Assembly: GCA_035084275.1 (NCBI GenBank)
Contig: CM068757.1
Location: forward strand, 10,540,001 to 10,604,000
Origin: Hydrolagus colliei
Lineage: Eukaryota
DNA length: 64,000 nucleotides
Direction: 5' to 3'
Notes under the pieces: model-generated
Database searches by the model: none
What the model was told of the DNA's origin: nothing
What the model saw: the letters and a program-made list of their open reading frames with translations, nothing else
Shown here: in pieces, positions 62,478 to 64,000 of the stretch
Position numbering within the stretch: the stretch's first letter is position 1
How the letters are laid out: the number at the start of each line of letters is the position of its first letter
Translations under genes and position numbers: made by a program

Positions 62478-62790
62478 TAACAACCACTCGCATTTATATA
62501 GCGTCCTACACATGGGGCAAGGCTTCAGAGCATTTAACTGAGTTCGGCGCCAAGGCAGGATAGATGGATGTGACCATAAAGAAATTCAAAGAGGAAGCTC
62601 TTCAGACATGAGCTAAAGGAGGGATTGGAGGAAGAGAGTTCCAAAGGTTTCTGGCGTAGTGACTGAAAGTGCATCTGCTGAGTGTAGGGCATGAGGGAGT
62701 AGTGGAAGGCCAGAGCCCAGTGGAGCCAGCAGGTAGGGAGTGGGGAGTAAGCAGGGAGGTACCAAGGTGTGAAGGGATTTGTGGACGAGT
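62478..62790 (-). mobile_element. Old LINE2 3' fragment
   Basis: Minus strand reads TFSHYARNLWNSLPP; tail GCATTTATATAGCG. Confidence 0.7.
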
Positions 62791-64000
62791 AAGCAAACCA
62801 TGGAGGTAATTCCGTGAAGAGTTTTGAGATGTGACAATGATATGATAAGGTGCTATATCAAAAAAAGGGGTTTATGATAAAATGCAAGGATTTAAAATAA
62901 TAATCCTTGCATTTGATATAGCGCTTTTCATCTCTTCTAGACATCTCAAATGCTTCAACAGAATACACTGTAATTTTTTTAATTAAAAACTGCCTAATGT
63001 TTGTCCTAAACTTGCCCTTCAAAATCCTCTTGTCGTGTGGGTTGTTGTCGCGTCAAGAAGAGTTATCATTGATCAGTCACTGTCTTGAGTGCACAAAGTG
63101 ACAAAACCTATCGCGATGCAAATACCTGGTATAAGTGAGCTGACACCTCACGATGGCATCAATTTGATTTTTTCACTACTGAAAGAAATTAATTGCTCTG
63201 TTGCGTACTTAAAGCAAAACACTCAGTACAGTAATGAACTTTAGAGTAATGTGCATGAAAAAAAACATTTGTCAGCTACCACAAAGTCGATTCAAATTGT
63301 CAAAATATTTTCTTTAAATTTAGTTAAAAGTTCAGTAAATTGAGTTGCAGATATATGCACTGAATTTTAAACTCTTGGAGCACAACTGTGATTGAATTCT
63401 CATTAACAGGAGCATGGACATCGTCATTTCATATTCATCTGCAGATGATGTCTTGCCTTAATAATCTCTCTGATCGGCTGCCATCCCACTCCACTGCCAG
63501 CCCACTCCACTCAGCTTACACAGGCCTGCTTCACAGCTCCTAACCTTGGCACCACGATCTGTGTTGTAGCTTTCTCTCAGCTGTTCGTCTCTGGATCTCC
63601 CTACCTCTACCTATCTTTAAATTCCATCTTCTGCTGTGCCTATACTGCCCCTTGTGCCTTTCTCAGCATCAAGCCTCTTCATTGTGAATCTCGTTATCCT
63701 CCCGAAGGGCACAATATCAATATAAATTGCAATAATAATCCTCATATCTGACACCGTGCCTTTGACACTGGGAGGATATCTTGAAATACTTTGCAGAATA
63801 TACTGTAAAGTGTAATAACTATTGAATTTTCATGGCACTTGATTGAAATATATTCATTGTAAAGAACTTTGTGCATTTCACCCACAAAATATACAGCAAA
63901 TTCATTTTACAGTATATTCTGTGAAACACTGAAGCATCTCAAAGGTGTGTTATGGTGCCATATCAAATGCAAGATTATTATTATATACAGTGTATCTATT

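Noticed and set aside
364-62837. Numerous 60-150 aa ORFs in the six-frame track
   Set aside because: They overlap SINEs, LINEs or microsatellites, often start at non-ATG codons, and show no protein-like signature.
9200-64000. Exons of SYT7 or other expected neighbours of LRRC10B
   Set aside because: I found no C2-domain-like coding sequence by eye or in the ORF track, although short exons could be missed.

Overview
Vertebrate genomic DNA, most likely from a cartilaginous fish. The repeat landscape (tRNA-headed Deu-domain SINEs, short tRNA-Ala-like SINEs, LINE2, CR1) suggests a chimaera or elephant-shark-like genome; this is inferred, not proven. Only one protein-coding region is recognisable: the uninterrupted CDS of LRRC10B (8292/8298-9182, +), preceded by a likely 5'UTR intron and followed by poly(A) signals. 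The rest is dense with retroposons that share a LINE2-type 3' tail, plus microsatellites and unique AT-rich blocks that may be enhancers. Four observations stand out. (1) One Deu-SINE copy at ~22.4-22.7 kb has its middle remodelled into a CpG-retaining, palindrome-dense, ~160-nt rod-like fold-back. (2) Locally templated or fold-back insertions recur inside LINE2 tails and SINE bodies (27.4, 28.8, 30.1, 35.1, 43.0, 50.3, 56.2 kb). (3) An unclassified ~240-bp dispersed repeat has about 9 copies. (4) Two SINE copies share a 14-nt duplication in the tRNA head. Repeat coordinates were read by eye and are approximate.
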